DNA from: an uncultured Planctomycetales bacterium
GTDB lineage: Bacteria > Omnitrophota > Gorgyraeia > Zapsychrales > Aceulaceae
Assembly (NCBI GenBank): GCA_964486675.1
Contig: CAZAOD010000001.1
Location: 5,683 to 69,682, forward strand
DNA: 64,000 nucleotides
Direction of reading: 5' to 3'
Part shown: positions 60,449 to 64,000 of the stretch, piece by piece
Layout: each line of letters opens with the position of its first letter
How positions within the stretch are numbered: position 1 is the first letter of the stretch
Program-made: the position numbers and the translations under genes
The notes under the pieces: generated by a model
What the model was told of the DNA's origin: nothing
The model's database searches: none
What the model saw: the letters and a program-made list of their open reading frames with translations, nothing else

Positions 60449-63400
60449 ATGACCGCCTGCGGTAACAAAGCCCAAAGAAAATTCATTTCAAAGATCATTT
60501 CTGTCTTTATCGCCTTTAGTTTTCTTTTCACCTCTGTTATTCCAAGCTATGCCCAGAGTCTCTCTGGGCCTGCGGTCATTCCATCGGGGCTAATCACGCC
60601 CACGGCAGCCTTTATGCCTGTTATGTTGCGCGCTATTGAGATCGACCCTGTTAATCCTTTGCATTTTGGCTTTATCGTGGATAACGGTGACACTGGTCTA
60701 GAAGGTGAGGCCTTGACCGCGGAAGCCAAGAATCTCATTCGCTACTTTTTAGCCTCCTTGACAACCCCTGAAAAAGAAATGTGGGTTAACCTTTCGCCGT
60801 ATGAAAAAGACCGCATCATTCCTGATAGCTTCGGCCAGACCCAGATGGGCCGAGACCTTTTAGCCCAAGACTACATGTTGAAACAATTGACAGCTTCCTT
60901 GATATATCCGGAAGATGAACTTGGCAAGAAGTTTTGGGACAAGATTTACAAGACTGCTTATGAGAAGTATGGCACCACCGAGATGCCCATGGATACATTC
61001 AACAAGATCTGGATCTTGCCTAAGAAGGCCACCGTTTATGAAAACAATAACCGAGTTTTTGTTGTTGATAGTGAGCTCGCCGTTATGATGGAGGAGGATG
61101 TTCTGGCACTGCAGAAAAGTAGAGAGGAGAAAGTAGAGAGTAGAGAGATTGGAAAAGATGCGGGTGGCTTGAGCCAGAGCTCTCAGCCGCGCGCAGCGGC
61201 AGGGGTTCCCCGCGGGGGGATGGGTGCCGCGAGCACGGATGAGATGGCGAAAGACAGGACCCGCACCTTGACATCCCAGATCGTGCGCGAGATCGTATTG
61301 CCTGAGATCGAAAAAGAGGTCAATTTTGGCAAGAATTTTGCTGCCCTTCGCCAGGTTTACAGTGCGATGATCCTGGCAGCGTGGTACAAGAACAATTTGA
61401 GGGAAAGCTTGCTTGGAAAAGTCTATATGGATCAAAATAAGATCAAGGGGATCGATCTTGTTGATAAAACTGAGAAGCAGAGGATCTATGATGAATACGT
61501 TAATGCCTTTAAAAAAGGTATTTATGACTTTATTAAGGTTGAGCACGACCAATACACGGGAAAAAATATTCCGCGTAAGTATTTTTCAGGCGGTTTCACG
61601 CCTACTACTTCTGATGGGATCCCTTTAGGCGAGGCGTTGGAAGAGGTCACTCCATCCGCAGATAAATTGCAAGCAAAGGGAAGTGCAACGAGATTTGACG
61701 CGAATCTAAGGGAAAGTAAGGACGGAAAGGGTTCCCCCGGCTCTGCGATCATTTCAAGGATATCGTCTTTAGAGCCGGCATCTGTTCTTTTGCGAGAGAT
61801 CGCGTCTAAGTTCGAGCTGGCTGGAAAAATGCTTTTAAGCTTTAATATTCTTACAGAGGAAGGATATTCTTACGGATTTTCTTTAAGCGATCCCCAGGCT
61901 TCAGGTCGCCTAAGCGTTGTTTTGCCAAAAGCTAAGAAGGTTACGATGTTCTTTAAAGATAGGACCTCTTTAGCCTTTGCCAAAGATGCAGCAAATAGCC
62001 GATGGAAGATAACACAGTTTTACGGTCAAGGATTTAATTTCAAGGACGAAGGAGCAAAATGGAGTGAGCTCGGTGGCTCTGTCAATATCCCTAAGTTTCA
62101 CGCTATTGTGGATCAAAGAGATATGACAACAGGGATCATCGCGGAAAATATGGCTTTAGGGTTGGTCAGTGACGACATCAAGCAGGTCGAGTGGTATAGG
62201 CCCAGCAGTAAAAACCTCATGGCTGAAAAACTTGCTTCTGTGCCGCAAGATGTCAGAGAACCTTTGACGGTAAAGATGTTTATTCGTGACGGCTATGTTG
62301 TTCTTCATCGAGCCAAAAAGGCAAATTTTTGGGAGTTTGTATCGCAGGGGATGCCACTGGCAGAAGATAAAGAAGAAGCCGTGTCTTCCAGCATTCGTAT
62401 TATTTCAAAGGAGGAGATCGATCCGTTCGTTCAAAAGTTAGGCATGGACAAGCCGGGTAGCACTTTTAACCGAGATTATTTTGCAAGTCTTATTGCTCAA
62501 TATAATCAGCAAATGGTCGATAAGCAAAAAGGAATTGTTAACGATCTGGTTATTGGCAAGAATTTCTTTCCAAATTCTATGATCTCAGCGTCAAAAATGA
62601 AAGAGATCATGAACGCGACGGATTTCGCGACAGAGATCTTGTCGCAGGAGGAAAAGTATCTTGAGGCTGCCAAGAATGTTGATCATCGCATTGATTTTAT
62701 GAACGGCGGAGCAGGGACTTCTGTGGGGGGAGTTGGGGCGAAGTCCATGGCCTTGACCTTTGTTGAAGATCTACAAGGATTTGATAAAGGCGGAAATCCT
62801 AAGATCTTTAAAAATGTGGAATTTAGCATTCTCGATGTAAAGTATGTCCACAACATCATTGCCGCCCAAAAAGGTCGCGTTGCGCGCGCCAGTATTCGTG
62901 AGCTTGTAAGCAAAGATACCGTTGGCCCTATCTCAGAGTTTCGCAATAATCATATTTGCCTTCTTGATAAGATCGATGATCGCATCCCAGAAAGTAAAAA
63001 GCGCACGTACGCTGAATATATTAAAGGAATGCAGGGGATTAACTTAGACGAAGACATGATCGTGCAGGCAATCCAACCCGTTGTTGATGTGGCAACAGGA
63101 GAGCTAACAGATCGAAAAACATCTCCAGGCGGTCATGGTGTTTTTGGGCGAATGTCTTTTGAAGAAATCCTTAATGATGTTCTGCCTGAAGATAAGGTAG
63201 TGATCCGCGATATTACTAATGGGGATGGTCCGAACAATCAAATTCCGTCCGTTGTTTTAGGCTGGATGGCGGCCAACAAGGTCCCCATGGTACTTTTGTC
63301 ATCGACAACCATGGAATTGGATAAAAAAGGTGGCAAGGTGGGTGCCCAGCCTGTCGAGGACGGCCTTTTGCTGCAGGATCTTACCGCTGACAACACGCGC

Positions 63401-64000
63401 ATTAACATGATGGAAACTGTTCAAGCGGGCAAGGTTGGGCAGGGTGAGCTTTTTCAGAAGATCGGTTTGACTACAGGTCCTGTTGAAGATGTTGGGCAGG
63501 AGGGGGAGCAGTTCTTTAATACAAACATTATGGGTATCAACGAGACTGTGCTTCAGCCATTCTTGCGCGAGCTGGAACAGATCATCGGACACGAACAATA
63601 TGTGCAGTGGACATCGCCAACTTTTATCGATAACCCAAAAGAAAACGGCACGATCTATCAGATCGAGGGCGCCTTGGGCCATGTGCTTCAGAATCTTGAT
63701 TACCACGTGCGCTACACCGATAACCAGAAAGTAAAAGACTTGATGAAAAAGTACGGTTGGACGAGGCTTTTGCATATCGTGAATTTTACACCTGAATACC
63801 GAGAACTATGCTTTACGCCGGTTAAATTTGCCTTGGATTGGAATTATTATTTATCTGAGCATTTTACGATGGACACAAAAGAATGGTCCATGAGAAACAA
63901 CAAGCCAGGACATTTGGCACGGTTTGAATTTTCTAAGTCCTACGAGGATTATTATCAGAAAAACAAGATCAACGCGCATAAAATTCTTCCATTGGGTTCT
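60449..64000 (+). CDS. very large protein (>1184 aa, 3' end beyond window) with an N-terminal signal peptide/anchor, a ~600-aa uncharacterised region and a C-terminal UDPGP-family (UTP-sugar-1-phosphate uridylyltransferase-like) domain
   Basis: The frame is open from ATG 60449 (AAGGAG ribosome-binding site 8 nt upstream) to the window end. The N-terminus is MTACGNKAQRKFISKIISVFIAFSFLFTSVIPSYAQS. UDPGP motifs are FMNGGAGTSVGG..KS (eukaryotic LNGGLGTSMG..KS), SPGGHG (PPGHGD), KKGGKVG (KGGTL) and FNTNIMGIN (FNTNNLW). Minus-strand ORFs here are antisense artefacts. Confidence 0.7.
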   Translation, partial: MTACGNKAQRKFISKIISVFIAFSFLFTSVIPSYAQSLSGPAVIPSGLITPTAAFMPVMLRAIEIDPVNPLHFGFIVDNGDTGLEGEALTAEAKNLIRYFLASLTTPEKEMWVNLSPYEKDRIIPDSFGQTQMGRDLLAQDYMLKQLTASLIYPEDELGKKFWDKIYKTAYEKYGTTEMPMDTFNKIWILPKKATVYENNNRVFVVDSELAVMMEEDVLALQKSREEKVESREIGKDAGGLSQSSQPRAAAGVPRGGMGAASTDEMAKDRTRTLTSQIVREIVLPEIEKEVNFGKNFAALRQVYSAMILAAWYKNNLRESLLGKVYMDQNKIKGIDLVDKTEKQRIYDEYVNAFKKGIYDFIKVEHDQYTGKNIPRKYFSGGFTPTTSDGIPLGEALEEVTPSADKLQAKGSATRFDANLRESKDGKGSPGSAIISRISSLEPASVLLREIASKFELAGKMLLSFNILTEEGYSYGFSLSDPQASGRLSVVLPKAKKVTMFFKDRTSLAFAKDAANSRWKITQFYGQGFNFKDEGAKWSELGGSVNIPKFHAIVDQRDMTTGIIAENMALGLVSDDIKQVEWYRPSSKNLMAEKLASVPQDVREPLTVKMFIRDGYVVLHRAKKANFWEFVSQGMPLAEDKEEAVSSSIRIISKEEIDPFVQKLGMDKPGSTFNRDYFASLIAQYNQQMVDKQKGIVNDLVIGKNFFPNSMISASKMKEIMNATDFATEILSQEEKYLEAAKNVDHRIDFMNGGAGTSVGGVGAKSMALTFVEDLQGFDKGGNPKIFKNVEFSILDVKYVHNIIAAQKGRVARASIRELVSKDTVGPISEFRNNHICLLDKIDDRIPESKKRTYAEYIKGMQGINLDEDMIVQAIQPVVDVATGELTDRKTSPGGHGVFGRMSFEEILNDVLPEDKVVIRDITNGDGPNNQIPSVVLGWMAANKVPMVLLSSTTMELDKKGGKVGAQPVEDGLLLQDLTADNTRINMMETVQAGKVGQGELFQKIGLTTGPVEDVGQEGEQFFNTNIMGINETVLQPFLRELEQIIGHEQYVQWTSPTFIDNPKENGTIYQIEGALGHVLQNLDYHVRYTDNQKVKDLMKKYGWTRLLHIVNFTPEYRELCFTPVKFALDWNYYLSEHFTMDTKEWSMRNNKPGHLARFEFSKSYEDYYQKNKINAHKILPLGS

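Noticed and set aside
60860-61552. 230-aa ORF on the minus strand (and 63299..63775, 61083..61274) inside the giant + strand ORF
   Set aside because: These are antisense to a continuous + strand reading frame longer than 3.5 kb with recognisable domains. They are typical shadow ORFs.

Overview
This 64 kb window is a bacterial chromosomal segment from a Gram-negative-type (diderm) organism. All ~62 protein genes are on the + strand. The ORFs are tightly packed, often with 4-nt ATGA or short stop/start overlaps, and there are no tRNA, rRNA, CRISPR or clear mobile-element genes.

The first ~16 kb is a dense LPS inner-core locus. It holds kdtA (5'-truncated), lpxK, an LpxL-like acyltransferase fused to an ELM1/DUF1022-like domain, a GT4–GT9 fusion, a paralogous GT4, three further GT9 heptosyltransferases and a small PilZ protein. 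After these come a kinase-only HldE homologue, kdsB, kdsA, kdsD, kdsC, an LptC/LptA-like hybrid and lptB.

The rest is largely housekeeping. It includes tig-clpP, serC-serA, purA, uppS-cdsA-dxr-rseP, proS-rimP-nusA-infB, trpS, scpA, ruvB, queA-tgt-trmD-rplS-rnhB-yraN, folD, polA, glgA, coaE, rho, rpmE, prfA-prmC-murA and trpGDCF.

The most interesting region is the last 4.2 kb. An AT-rich inverted-repeat element is followed by a ~190-nt structured RNA with its own extended -10 promoter and an intrinsic terminator. The RNA carries the hallmark motifs of a c-di-GMP-I (GEMM) riboswitch, including a CCUAAG tetraloop-receptor motif. Directly downstream is a very large ORF (more than 1184 aa, running off the window) with an N-terminal signal/anchor, an unrecognisable ~600-aa region and a C-terminal eukaryotic-type UDP-sugar pyrophosphorylase (UDPGP) domain.

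Other oddities are an orphan CpaF/TadA-type secretion ATPase, a trigger factor lacking the PPIase domain, a ProRS whose editing domain is replaced by a Cys4 mini-insert, a degenerate FAD-oxidoreductase paralogue, and a tandem pair of 33-nt hairpin repeats between rpmE and prfA.
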